A stretch of DNA of 64,000 nt. It comes from Myxococcota bacterium (GTDB lineage: Bacteria > Myxococcota_A > UBA9160 > UBA6930). Shown here one piece after another: positions 39,560-48,584 of the stretch. Each line of letters begins with the position of its first letter. Within the stretch, counting starts at the first letter, position 1. The position numbers and the translations under genes are program-made. The notes below the pieces were generated by a model that saw only the letters and a list, made by a program, of their open reading frames with translations, made no database searches and was not told the DNA's origin. The stretch lies in assembly GCA_965223705.1 (NCBI GenBank), contig OZ245015.1, positions 1,248,001 to 1,312,000 on the forward strand, given 5' to 3'.

Positions 39560-40807
39560 ATGGCTCATAACATACGAACGGTGGCCATTTTGGGGGGTGG
39601 GCCGGCGGGCGCGGCACTCGCGACGCACCTGGTTCGCGACGGCATCACGGTTGTTCTCTTCGCACCCGATCGCCGACCTCCGCTCGTGGTCGGCGAATCC
39701 CTGGTCCCGGCGGTGATTCCGTTCTTGCGCGAGCTGGGGATCGAATCGACCGTGCGCGAGCACGCCATCACGAAACACGGCGCGACGTTTACGGTCACTC
39801 CGGAAGACCAGTTCTGTTTCCGCTTCACCGACGCGCGCGGAGCCGAGACGCCTTACTCCTACAACGTGCCGCGCGACGTCCTCGACGCGGCCATCTTCGA
39901 CGCGGCGCGGGAGGCCGGCGCCCACATCGTCGCGCACAGCGCGAAGCTCGACCGCACCGAGGGCTCGGACCGCGTCCAGCTCTCGGTCGATTCGCTCGCG
40001 GCGACGCACGGGGTGCTGACCGCGCAACCCGATCTCATCGTCGACGCGGCGGGGCGGAACCGCGTGATCGGTCGACTCCTCGACCTCCCCACCGACGAGG
40101 GCCCCCGGCGCGATACCGCGTTGTTCTCGCACATGGAGGGCGTGCCGCTCGTGGTCGAGGGCGACGTTCACAGCGATATCCTCGAACACGGATGGAGCTG
40201 GCGCATTCCGCTGCCGGGACGCGTTTCGGTGGGGTTCGTGGTGCCGGACGAACACTGGGAGCGTTACGGCGACACGAAGGAAGAGCGCTACGACACACTC
40301 TTCCGAAGGGACCCCGCGGTGCTTCGCTGGGGCGGATCACCGCGGCGCATCGCCCCGGTGCTCAAGTACAACAACTATCAACGCATCACGTCTCGAGGCG
40401 TCGGGCCCGGTTGGGCGCTGGTGGGGGACGCCTTCGGTTTCGTCGATCCGGTGTTTTCGAGCGGGATGTTGATCGCACTCGACAGTGCGAAAGAGCTCGC
40501 GAATGCCGTCGCCAAAGGATCCGACGCCGCGTTCGCGAGCTACGAACAGCACGTGAAGCGCCATCTCGCGGCCTGGCAGCGCGTGATCGAGCATTTCTAC
40601 AACGGCCGCTTGTTGACGCTCTTCCGCGTCGGCGACTACATGCGCAAGACGTTGCCCGGCCGGATCCTCGACCCGCATTTCCGCAAACACCTGCCGCGCG
40701 TGTTTACCGGCGAAGCCTCGACCCGGCGCTACAGCGTGGGTCTGACGGATTTCATGTGCCGTCGCGGGCTCGCCGGCAACGATCCGGATCCCTTCCGGGT
40801 GCGGTAG
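39560..40807 (+). CDS. flavin-dependent halogenase-like oxidoreductase
   Basis: GGGPAG, VGESLVP, TKHGATF, WSWRIP, GDAFGFVDPVFSSG. Confidence 0.8.
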   Translation: MAHNIRTVAILGGGPAGAALATHLVRDGITVVLFAPDRRPPLVVGESLVPAVIPFLRELGIESTVREHAITKHGATFTVTPEDQFCFRFTDARGAETPYSYNVPRDVLDAAIFDAAREAGAHIVAHSAKLDRTEGSDRVQLSVDSLAATHGVLTAQPDLIVDAAGRNRVIGRLLDLPTDEGPRRDTALFSHMEGVPLVVEGDVHSDILEHGWSWRIPLPGRVSVGFVVPDEHWERYGDTKEERYDTLFRRDPAVLRWGGSPRRIAPVLKYNNYQRITSRGVGPGWALVGDAFGFVDPVFSSGMLIALDSAKELANAVAKGSDAAFASYEQHVKRHLAAWQRVIEHFYNGRLLTLFRVGDYMRKTLPGRILDPHFRKHLPRVFTGEASTRRYSVGLTDFMCRRGLAGNDPDPFRVR

Positions 40808-40816
40808 GGCGAACCC

Positions 40817-42331
40817 GTGGCGCGCAGTCGGACGCTCCGCGATCGCTATGACGCCGTCGTGATTGGCAGCGGCGTCGGCGGGCTCACCGCCGCCGGATGG
40901 CTCGCCCACGCAGGCCTCCGGGTGTTGGTACTCGAAGCGCACGATCGGCCTGGAGGCTACGCCCACGCGTTTCGCCGCCGGCGCTACCGGTTTGACGCGT
41001 CCGTTCATCTCACCAGCGGCTGCGCGCCGAGCGGTTTTGCGGGAGGGTCTGTCCTCCACGACGTCCTCGAAGCCTTGAAGGTGCGCGACCGCTGCGACTT
41101 CGTCCGCGTCGATCCGATCTACCGCGCGAGCTACCCCGGTTTGACCATCGACGCCGCGGGAGGCCTCGAAGGGTTCACGGAATCCCACCTACGGGCCTTT
41201 CCCCACGAGCGGGATGGCCTGCGTGAACTTCTCCGTCTTTGCCTCGCGTTGCGAGAAGAGGCTTCGGCCTTCGAAGGCCGACGAATGGGAGCTCCTTCTG
41301 CGGTAGGGCGCACGCCGGCGGGGGGCGACGAGCGGCCATTCGCAGCGATCCGGCGTTTTCGCGATGCAACGCTCGAGGAAGCGCTCTCGCAATTCATTGG
41401 CGATCCGAAGTTGCGAGCCGTGTTCGCGACGTTGTGGCCCTATTTGGGTTTGCCGCCCGCAGACGTGTCGTTCGTCTACTGGGCGTCGATGCTCGCGAGC
41501 TACCTCGTCGACGGGGCCTACACGTGCCGCGGGACCTTCCAACGGATGGCCGAGGCGATGACCGAGGGCATCGAAGACTTGGGTGGCGAGGTGCACTTCC
41601 GGAGCCGCGTCGCGCGAATCGCGACGGGCGCCTCGGGCGTCGTCGGCGTCGAGCTCGCCGACGGACGGTTCGTGCGCGCGCCAGTCGTCGTTTCGAACGC
41701 CGACGCTCGCCACACGTTCCGCGATCTTCTCGCCCACACCGCGACGCCGCGCGCTTTTAGCGACGTGCTCGATCGCCGTCGCCCTTCGATCTCCGCGTTT
41801 GTCGCCTACCTGGCCACCGAGCTTCCGCTCACGGGGCCGCACGAGAGGTTTCACTTCCCGGGCTACGACCATCGCGATCACTGGGCGAGCAGTCTGCGCG
41901 GCGAGCCGAACTGGTTCAGCGCAACCTGGCCGACGGGACTCGATCGCGAGCTCGCCCCCGAAGGCCAACACCTCTTGATTCTCACCACGCTGGTGCCCCA
42001 CGGCGATCGCGACTGGAAGCGGGAGAAGCCGGCGTTTCTCGCGGCGCTCCTCGAGCGCGCCGAACGCGTCTTTCCCGGCCTGCGCGAATCGCTTTGCTAC
42101 GTCGAGGCGGGAACGCCGGCCACGATGGTGCGCTACACGGGGAACGCGGAAGGCGCGCTCTACGGCTGGGATCTCCGACCCGATCAAGTCGGCCCGGGCC
42201 GGCTGAACCACCGCACGGAGATCCCGGGGCTCTACCTCGCGGGCCACTGGGCGCGACCCGGAGGCGGGGTGTACGGCGCCGCACTTTCCGGGGCGCGCGC
42301 CGCGCGCATGATTCTCGAAGAGAGCCACTAG
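40817..42331 (+). CDS. CrtI/RetSat-like FAD-dependent oxidoreductase (phytoene desaturase family)
   Basis: GSGVGG, E...RPGGY...F.R..Y.FD, TPATMVRYT...GALYG, GLYLAGHW..PGGGV. Confidence 0.83.
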   Translation: MARSRTLRDRYDAVVIGSGVGGLTAAGWLAHAGLRVLVLEAHDRPGGYAHAFRRRRYRFDASVHLTSGCAPSGFAGGSVLHDVLEALKVRDRCDFVRVDPIYRASYPGLTIDAAGGLEGFTESHLRAFPHERDGLRELLRLCLALREEASAFEGRRMGAPSAVGRTPAGGDERPFAAIRRFRDATLEEALSQFIGDPKLRAVFATLWPYLGLPPADVSFVYWASMLASYLVDGAYTCRGTFQRMAEAMTEGIEDLGGEVHFRSRVARIATGASGVVGVELADGRFVRAPVVVSNADARHTFRDLLAHTATPRAFSDVLDRRRPSISAFVAYLATELPLTGPHERFHFPGYDHRDHWASSLRGEPNWFSATWPTGLDRELAPEGQHLLILTTLVPHGDRDWKREKPAFLAALLERAERVFPGLRESLCYVEAGTPATMVRYTGNAEGALYGWDLRPDQVGPGRLNHRTEIPGLYLAGHWARPGGGVYGAALSGARAARMILEESH

Positions 42332-42386
42332 TCGCTCGCGCGCGGGGCGTGCGCTACTCCTTCGCGAGGACGGATCGGGGGTTGTA

Positions 42387-42848
42387 ATGAAAACCTTGTT
42401 TGTGGCCGTGCTGGCTTCTTTTCTGGCAACCGCCGCGGGCGCCGAGACCCAGGTTCTCAACACGTTGCCCTTCGCCGTCGACGTGCGAGAGGCCGTTCGG
42501 AGCGAGTGCAAGCTCCAGACGCTGTTGCCCGAATTCATCGAGACGGCGGGAGCCGACATCAAGCTCGTCGGGTCGTTCTCCGGTAACGGGCGGCGGCTCG
42601 AGCTCAAGATCACCGAAGTCCACGCACCCGGTGGCGGCGCGTTCTCCGGTCCGAAATGGATCGAGGTGGTCGGCACGTTGCGGGGCGACGGCAAGCCGAA
42701 AACGTTTCGGGCGAAGCGCTTGTCGACCGGGCTCACCATGCGGGGGACGTGCTCGATCCTCGCACGCGCCGCCAAGGCGACGGGCCTCGATATCGCCGCT
42801 TGGTTGAAAGATCCGAAGGACGGCGCCGAGCTCGGCGACGCCCGGTAA
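42387..42848 (+). CDS. hypothetical exported protein
   Basis: Signal peptide MKTLFVAVLASFLATAAGA; two Cys; typical codon usage. Confidence 0.7.
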   Translation: MKTLFVAVLASFLATAAGAETQVLNTLPFAVDVREAVRSECKLQTLLPEFIETAGADIKLVGSFSGNGRRLELKITEVHAPGGGAFSGPKWIEVVGTLRGDGKPKTFRAKRLSTGLTMRGTCSILARAAKATGLDIAAWLKDPKDGAELGDAR

Positions 42849-42851
42849 ACC

Positions 42852-44558
42852 TCAGTTCAGCAGGTAGCGCGTTTCGTCGGAAGGCGGCGCAAGCGCGTCC
42901 GCGAGCTCCGAGAGCGTAAACGGCTTGCGTAGATACGCGTCGTAGGAGCGCGGGTCGTTTCGCGAGCGGATATCGGCCTCTCCGACGCCGCTGAAGAGCA
43001 CGATGCGCATGGAAGGCACGGCGGCGCGCATGAGAACCGCAGTCGGCCCGCCGTCGAGACCGGGCATCATCGCGTCGATCAGGGCGCATTCAAAAGGCTG
43101 CTCTGCGCTCTTGACGAGCTCGATGGCCCGCTCTCCGCTGGTCGCGGTGGCGACTTCGTAGCCCAACTGGGTCGCCAGGATTCCCGTCGCTTCGAGCACG
43201 TCTTCGCGATCGTCGACAAGGAGGATCCGACGGGTTTCGCCGCGGAAGTGGGGATCGACCACCCGATCTCGAGACGCTGCGACCGGCTCCTGATCGTGCT
43301 CGGGTAGGTAGATCCGGAACTCGCTGCCCGCGTCGGGGAACGACTCGACTTCGAGGAGCCCCGACGCGCTCGAAACGATGCCCTGAACCGAGGAAAGCCC
43401 GAGGCCGCGGCCGTCGCCTTTGGTGGAAAAGAAGGGATCGAACATGCGCTCGAGAACGGCGCGGCTCATCCCCACGCCGTTGTCGCGGATCGTCAAGCAC
43501 ACGTGCGGGGTTTCGAGCGATACGGCGGCCGAGCCCACCGGCTCGACTTCGGTGCCCGGGGGCGCCACCCGCGTGGAGACAACGATCTCGCCGTCGTTGG
43601 GTCCCACCGCTTCCCGAGCGTTGGAGATCAGGTTGAGCAGGAGCTGCCGGATCCGATTGACGTCCGCAAAAACCGGCCCGATGCGCTCGCTCAAGTTGAA
43701 GCGAAGTTCCGAGCGCCGCGAAGTCGCGGCCTCGAGGAGGGGATAGGTCTCGCGGATCAACGCATTCAGGTCCGCGGGCCGCACCATGAGCGCACGGCCG
43801 CCGACGTAGGTGAGGAGCTGCTCGCACAGCGCAGCAGCCTGCTCCGACGCGCCCGAGATCGCTTTCGCCGATTCGAGGATCTTCGGATCGGCCTCGGTCT
43901 GTAAGCCGATCCGCTCGGCGTGGGCCAGGATGACCGACAGCAGGTTGTTGAAATCGTGTGCGACGCCGCCCGCCAAGACGCCGAGGCTCTCAAACTTCTG
44001 AGCTCGCAGCGCCCCTTCGATCGCCATGCGTCGGCGGCTCGCCAACGTGTAGAAATGCCAGGCGACGCGGTTTCTCGCCAAGTAGAAGCCGGTTCCGAAG
44101 AACGCGAAGGTCAGCGTGATCCACACGGCCGCGGCGTCGACCGGCCGCCCCGAGGCATAGAGCGAGATGCCGAAGAAGGTCGCCTGGGTTGCGCAAGCCA
44201 GGAAGATCCACTTGGGCTCGGCGAAGAAGACACAGGTGCCGAGGGCGACCATGGCAAAGGCCGCGGAAACATACGGATCGGGGACGGTTGCCAAGTGAAG
44301 CGCCGTCCCGACCGCGCCCCACAACGTGACGAGGTACGCCGCCCGGTGAGCCGCCCCTTCGGTCAACGGGTTTTGTCGCCAATAGATCCCCGCCCCGAGC
44401 GTCGCCACGAAGCTGCCGACGCACCAGAGGACGAGCCGCCCGCTGCCCGCAACGTCGCGCAAGAGCCAGAAGCCGATGGCGAAGACGTAGAACGCGGCCA
44501 TCAAGAAGCAGATGTTCGGAAGCCCGGCCCCCAATGCCCGTGACACAACACGACGCAT
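42852..44558 (-). CDS. membrane hybrid histidine kinase/response regulator
   Basis: About 6 TM segments; AGGVAHDFNNLL, NLISNA, DNGVG, FFSTK..GRGLGL; REC with LVDD, IDAMMP, RKP; start uncertain. Confidence 0.92.
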   Translation of the reverse strand: MRRVVSRALGAGLPNICFLMAAFYVFAIGFWLLRDVAGSGRLVLWCVGSFVATLGAGIYWRQNPLTEGAAHRAAYLVTLWGAVGTALHLATVPDPYVSAAFAMVALGTCVFFAEPKWIFLACATQATFFGISLYASGRPVDAAAVWITLTFAFFGTGFYLARNRVAWHFYTLASRRRMAIEGALRAQKFESLGVLAGGVAHDFNNLLSVILAHAERIGLQTEADPKILESAKAISGASEQAAALCEQLLTYVGGRALMVRPADLNALIRETYPLLEAATSRRSELRFNLSERIGPVFADVNRIRQLLLNLISNAREAVGPNDGEIVVSTRVAPPGTEVEPVGSAAVSLETPHVCLTIRDNGVGMSRAVLERMFDPFFSTKGDGRGLGLSSVQGIVSSASGLLEVESFPDAGSEFRIYLPEHDQEPVAASRDRVVDPHFRGETRRILLVDDREDVLEATGILATQLGYEVATATSGERAIELVKSAEQPFECALIDAMMPGLDGGPTAVLMRAAVPSMRIVLFSGVGEADIRSRNDPRSYDAYLRKPFTLSELADALAPPSDETRYLLN

Positions 44559-44739
44559 GGCGGGCTTGAGGACGAAGATTTCGCTCAAGCTCGGCGAACT
44601 TTCGGAGATAGCGCGCTCAAAATTGGCGGCGCTGTCTGCGGAAGAAGACCACGAAGAGGTCACAGGACTAGACTCTTACGATCATACGGACCCGCTTGGG
44701 CAGTTCATAACCCGTGTTACTCCGAAAAGCACGCGCTTC

Positions 44740-45306
44740 TCAGAATGCGTTCGGCGCCACCCCGATCACCATGGGATGCAACGCAAACAAGATCGCGAAA
44801 GCGACGACACCCGCGACGATTGCTTGCGCGTCGGAGCGCCACGGCACGATCTCGGGCTTCTGCCACGGGCCGTCGCGCCGGTTGAGAAGGACGATCATCA
44901 GGATCGCCCACAAACCGAGAGCGCCGAAGAGGACGACCGAACGCTGTTCGCCGTTCGCGAGCAAGTGGGCAACGGCCCAGAGAGCCACACCGAGAAGCTG
45001 CGGGTGACGCACGAGCCGCTTGAGGTTCGTCTTGAGATTTGACGCGATGAAGAGCACCACCGCTGGGACCATCAGGACGTTTGCGGCGGTGCGTCCAAAG
45101 CTCGGCGGCGCATAGACGAACTCCGGCGCGACGCTGCGCCAGCCCCAGATGATGAGCGCGAGGCCCGCCGCGACCGTGAGCGCAAAGAGCCCCTTGTAGG
45201 GCCCCTCGCCGAGCGCTCCGGTGAGTTGCCGCCGGAGGCCCGGCAGCGCCGCGGGAATGAGGTGCACCGCGGCCCAGATCGCTGCGCCCAGGGTGAGAAG
45301 CTCCAT
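44740..45306 (-). CDS. nnrU: NnrU family membrane protein
   Basis: GEGPYKGLFAL, VRHPQLLGVALWAVAHLLANG, FALHP..IGV; RBS GGAGGAGG. Confidence 0.85.
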   Translation of the reverse strand: MELLTLGAAIWAAVHLIPAALPGLRRQLTGALGEGPYKGLFALTVAAGLALIIWGWRSVAPEFVYAPPSFGRTAANVLMVPAVVLFIASNLKTNLKRLVRHPQLLGVALWAVAHLLANGEQRSVVLFGALGLWAILMIVLLNRRDGPWQKPEIVPWRSDAQAIVAGVVAFAILFALHPMVIGVAPNAF

Positions 45307-45386
45307 ACCTCCTCCATATGATGCACGAAACCCGTCGCCGGGGAAGGGCGGGCGACGGGGTACACTTAGGGGCCGAGGGAGAACCC

Positions 45387-46442
45387 ATGCCCTTCATCGA
45401 GACGATTCCGCCCAGGCAAGCCACCGGCGAAGCCGCCGAGGTCTACCGCTACATGGAGCAGGTGGGCGGGTCGAAGCGCGTCGCGAACATCGTGCAGGTC
45501 GCGAGCCTCCGCGCGGGCTCCATGCGCCGCATGATCCGCACGTGGGAGCTCGCCATGTGGGTCGGCGATGTTCCGCGCGCGTCTCGCGAGTTCGTCGCCG
45601 CCGCCGTCTCGCGCTACGCCGATTGCCATTACTGAACCGACGGCCACGAGGCCTTCCTGCAGGCTGCAGGAGGAGATGCCGATCGGGTGGCGAAGCTCCT
45701 CGACGGAAGCGCGCCGGACGCGACGCCCCTCGAGGAGGCCTTGATTCGCCTGGTGCGCAAGGCGCACGAGGAAGCCCGCGCCCTCGAACCGGCCGATCTC
45801 GACCCGCTGCGCCGCTTGGTGGGCGCCGACGCGATCGACTACGCGTTCGTGCTCGCGTCCTTCCACTGGATCAACCGCATCGCGGATCTTCTCAACGTGG
45901 CTTCTGAGCTGCCCGTTCCCCGGCGGTTCGAGCCGCTCCGCCGCCTCGGGACGCGCGTCGCGAGCATCGCCATGCGCGCCACCATGGATCTCGCGAACCG
46001 CCCCTACGAGAAGAGCTACGACCAGGTGCTGAAGGAGCATCACGTGGTGTTCGAGCGCGGGTTGGGGCACCCCCCGGGCGATGATTTCGCGAGCGTGGCG
46101 GAGCGCCCGAAGATCATCGAAGCCACGGCCTTGATGCTCGAGGAGCAGCAGCGCCGCACGGGCTTGGCGCCCGGCATCCAGCGGCTCGCGATCGAAGTGA
46201 CCGAGGCGTCACTCCCAGAAACCGCGGATGACGTCACGGGCTTCCACGTGCGCCCCGGGAACCCGGTGGAAGCGTTCGCGTTTGTCGGGACGCGCTACGC
46301 GAGCCGCACGACGAAAGCCATGATCGATGCGTTGCGCGGGGTCGGTTACGACGATCGGGGCATTCTCGATCTCGCCATCGCGGTGGCCGACGCCAACCTG
46401 TGGGCCCGCCTGCGGAGGCTCCTCGCGCTGCCCCGCTTCTAG
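45387..46442 (+). CDS. AhpD/CMD-like peroxidase-related protein, probable selenoprotein (UGA codon 83 at 45633-45635)
   Basis: Track ORFs 45318-45635 and 45687-46442 share a frame and are separated only by TGA: REFVAAAVSRYADCHY*TDGH matches the AhpD CxxCxxxH motif. Confidence 0.8.
45652..45673 (+). promoter_or_regulatory. putative bacterial SECIS hairpin
   Basis: CCUUCCUGCA-GGC-UGCAGGAGG with a bulged U and a G-initiated loop 26 nt after the UGA; resembles the E. coli fdhF UGCAGGUCUGCA apical stem. Confidence 0.6.
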
Positions 46443-46444
46443 CC

Positions 46445-48448
46445 CTAGCGCCCCGAGAGGGTCTTGTGCCGGCGTTCGATCTCGAGGAAAAGCCGCTCGA
46501 AGCGCTCGCGGCTCTCTTTGCTGAAGATGCTCTGCGGGTTGCGGCCGGCGATGCGCAGCAGGAGCCGCGCCGGGCGTGTGCGCTGGAAGCGGATGCTGAG
46601 CTTCGCCAGGGCCTGCTCGTAGCGCGCGACGAAGCGCGGCACCGAGGTGTCCGGCTCGAGCTCTCGGCCGTCGAGCTCTTTCTGGTACGCGAAGCGCACG
46701 AACCGGTCGTAGACCGCCTCGTCAAACAAGTCTTCGACGTCGGCCGCCGCCTGCTCGTTTTCGGGGAAGCCGCAGCCCACCTGCACGATGTGCGGGTTCG
46801 CTTCGAGGCCGGCCTCGGAGATCTCGTCCATCCACTCTTCGTCGATCTCGTTGACGAGAATCACCGAGCGCTTGAGGCCATCACCCACGATCGACGTCCA
46901 CACCGGCAGCGCAAACGCGCCGCCCGAAGGCGTGACCACCAGGTCGCGGGGCAGGGCGGGCCGGCCCTTCTCGGCCAAATAATCGGAAACCGCCTGCAAG
47001 TACCAGAAATCGCTCATCGATTCGACGATGAGGCGCGGCGCGTCGCCGAAGAGCTTCTTCGCGACCTCGCTCTCGCCCCCGCCCGCCAGCGTGACGGGCG
47101 GCGTATCGAAGCCTTCGGGCTCGCCTTCGCGGACGATCGTGCCGAGCTCGGCGTCGATCTCCGTCACCCGCACGGCGCCGTCGTCATCGTCCGGAATGAG
47201 GAACGGCGACTGCGTCGTCAGGATGATCTGGTTCTCGAAGTCTTCGCGCAGGTGGCGCAGCAAATCGCGCTGGCCGTTTTCGTGGAGGCACGTGCCCGGC
47301 CCGTCGAGGAGCAGCACCGCGTCTTTCGTGCTGCCCTCTTTCGCGCCCGCCGCGAACATCACCCAGAAGGAGAAGAACCAGCGGAAGCCGCGGCTCCGCT
47401 GATCGAGGTTGACCTCGACGTCGCAGAACGCCGTCGGGTCGGAGATGATCGTGTTGAAGTGCTTGCCGTCGAGATCGAACCGCACCTTGAGCGGGCGATC
47501 CGTCCACAGCTCGCGCAGGCGGCGCGTCATCGCGGCGCTGGCGCGCCCCACCATCTGGCGCCGCACGTCCGGCTCGCCGTTCAGCAGCGTTTCGAGATCT
47601 TCCGTCGTAATGCCCGACATCGATAGCAGCATGCGGAAGTAGTGCTCTTTCGCTTCGAGCTGCCCGTCGCGGAGCTTCGTGACGAACTGCGCCAGATCCT
47701 GGCGCCCGTCGATCTCGGGGAACGTGTCCAAGTAGAGGAGCCGCGGCAGGTGATCGCGCACCCACTGGGCCGCCACCGCTTCGTCATCTTCTTCCATCGA
47801 GCAACTGGCCGCGAGATCCATCAGCTCTTGCAGGGCCGCGCGCGTCTCGTCGTCGACCACCACATCGCCGCGCCCCACCGGCTCTTGCACCGCCGAAAGC
47901 GCTTCGGCCACGCCGCGCCCCCAGTCATCGGCCGGCGCGTTGTGCAGGGCCGTCGCGTGGTGCAAGCGATGAAGCGCTTCTTGCCACGCCTGGTAGGACT
48001 GCTGGTCCGCACCCGCCACCTGCGCCGTGCGCACGTGCTCGAGGATCTCTTTCGCGCGCTCGACCGGCGGGCCCGCGGCTCCGCCGCCTTCGCCAATGTT
48101 CACGCGAAGCCCTGCGTTGTAACCGCGCGACACTTCCACCTGGGCGAGATCGCGGCCCGGTGCATACACCTCGGCCAGCGCCTCGCGCTCGTGATCTTCG
48201 AGCGCCCAGACCGCGCGGACGACCGGGTCGTTCTCCGCGTGATCCGTGCTCGCGAGGTCGGCGGGGAAATCGCGCGTCAACGCGAGCGGCTGAGCCACCA
48301 TCTCGCGATCGAGCATCCGCAAGGCCTGTAGGAGGTTCGTCTTACCCGCTTCGTTGCGCCCAACGAACGCCGTCAAATCGCCGACCGAGACCCAGCCCGA
48401 ATCCTTGACGCTGCGGAAGTTGGTGACGCGGAATTTTTCGAGCTTCAT
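46445..48448 (-). CDS. OLD-family-like ABC ATPase + TOPRIM protein with degenerate catalytic motifs
   Basis: NFRSV, GRNEAGKT, RSRGFRWFFSF, LLLDGPG, TTQSPF, LIVESMSD, VEDLF. Confidence 0.75.
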   Translation of the reverse strand: MKLEKFRVTNFRSVKDSGWVSVGDLTAFVGRNEAGKTNLLQALRMLDREMVAQPLALTRDFPADLASTDHAENDPVVRAVWALEDHEREALAEVYAPGRDLAQVEVSRGYNAGLRVNIGEGGGAAGPPVERAKEILEHVRTAQVAGADQQSYQAWQEALHRLHHATALHNAPADDWGRGVAEALSAVQEPVGRGDVVVDDETRAALQELMDLAASCSMEEDDEAVAAQWVRDHLPRLLYLDTFPEIDGRQDLAQFVTKLRDGQLEAKEHYFRMLLSMSGITTEDLETLLNGEPDVRRQMVGRASAAMTRRLRELWTDRPLKVRFDLDGKHFNTIISDPTAFCDVEVNLDQRSRGFRWFFSFWVMFAAGAKEGSTKDAVLLLDGPGTCLHENGQRDLLRHLREDFENQIILTTQSPFLIPDDDDGAVRVTEIDAELGTIVREGEPEGFDTPPVTLAGGGESEVAKKLFGDAPRLIVESMSDFWYLQAVSDYLAEKGRPALPRDLVVTPSGGAFALPVWTSIVGDGLKRSVILVNEIDEEWMDEISEAGLEANPHIVQVGCGFPENEQAAADVEDLFDEAVYDRFVRFAYQKELDGRELEPDTSVPRFVARYEQALAKLSIRFQRTRPARLLLRIAGRNPQSIFSKESRERFERLFLEIERRHKTLSGR

Positions 48449-48584
48449 ATTTCCCCGCGGGTATTCAGTTCTCCCGGCTCGGTATTTCTACTCGGAAAAT
48501 CGAGCGCAGGAGTTGAGTCATCAACGTCTTTTTCCACGAATTTCCCCGACCGAACGTCGGCCCGGGAGCACGTAGAATGTCCCT

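Noticed and set aside
40817..42331. Carotenoid biosynthesis cluster
   Set aside because: Only one CrtI-like gene; no phytoene synthase, GGPP synthase or cyclase in the window.
45318..46442. Two separate ORFs or a pseudogene
   Set aside because: The stop sits exactly at a catalytic Cys position, the frame continues and a SECIS-like hairpin follows; Sec read-through fits better.
48507..48525. CAGGAGTTGAGTCATCAAC, resembling the TetR box at 21322 and an FNR site
   Set aside because: Spacing is 1 bp short for the TetR box and 2 bp short for FNR; may be chance.
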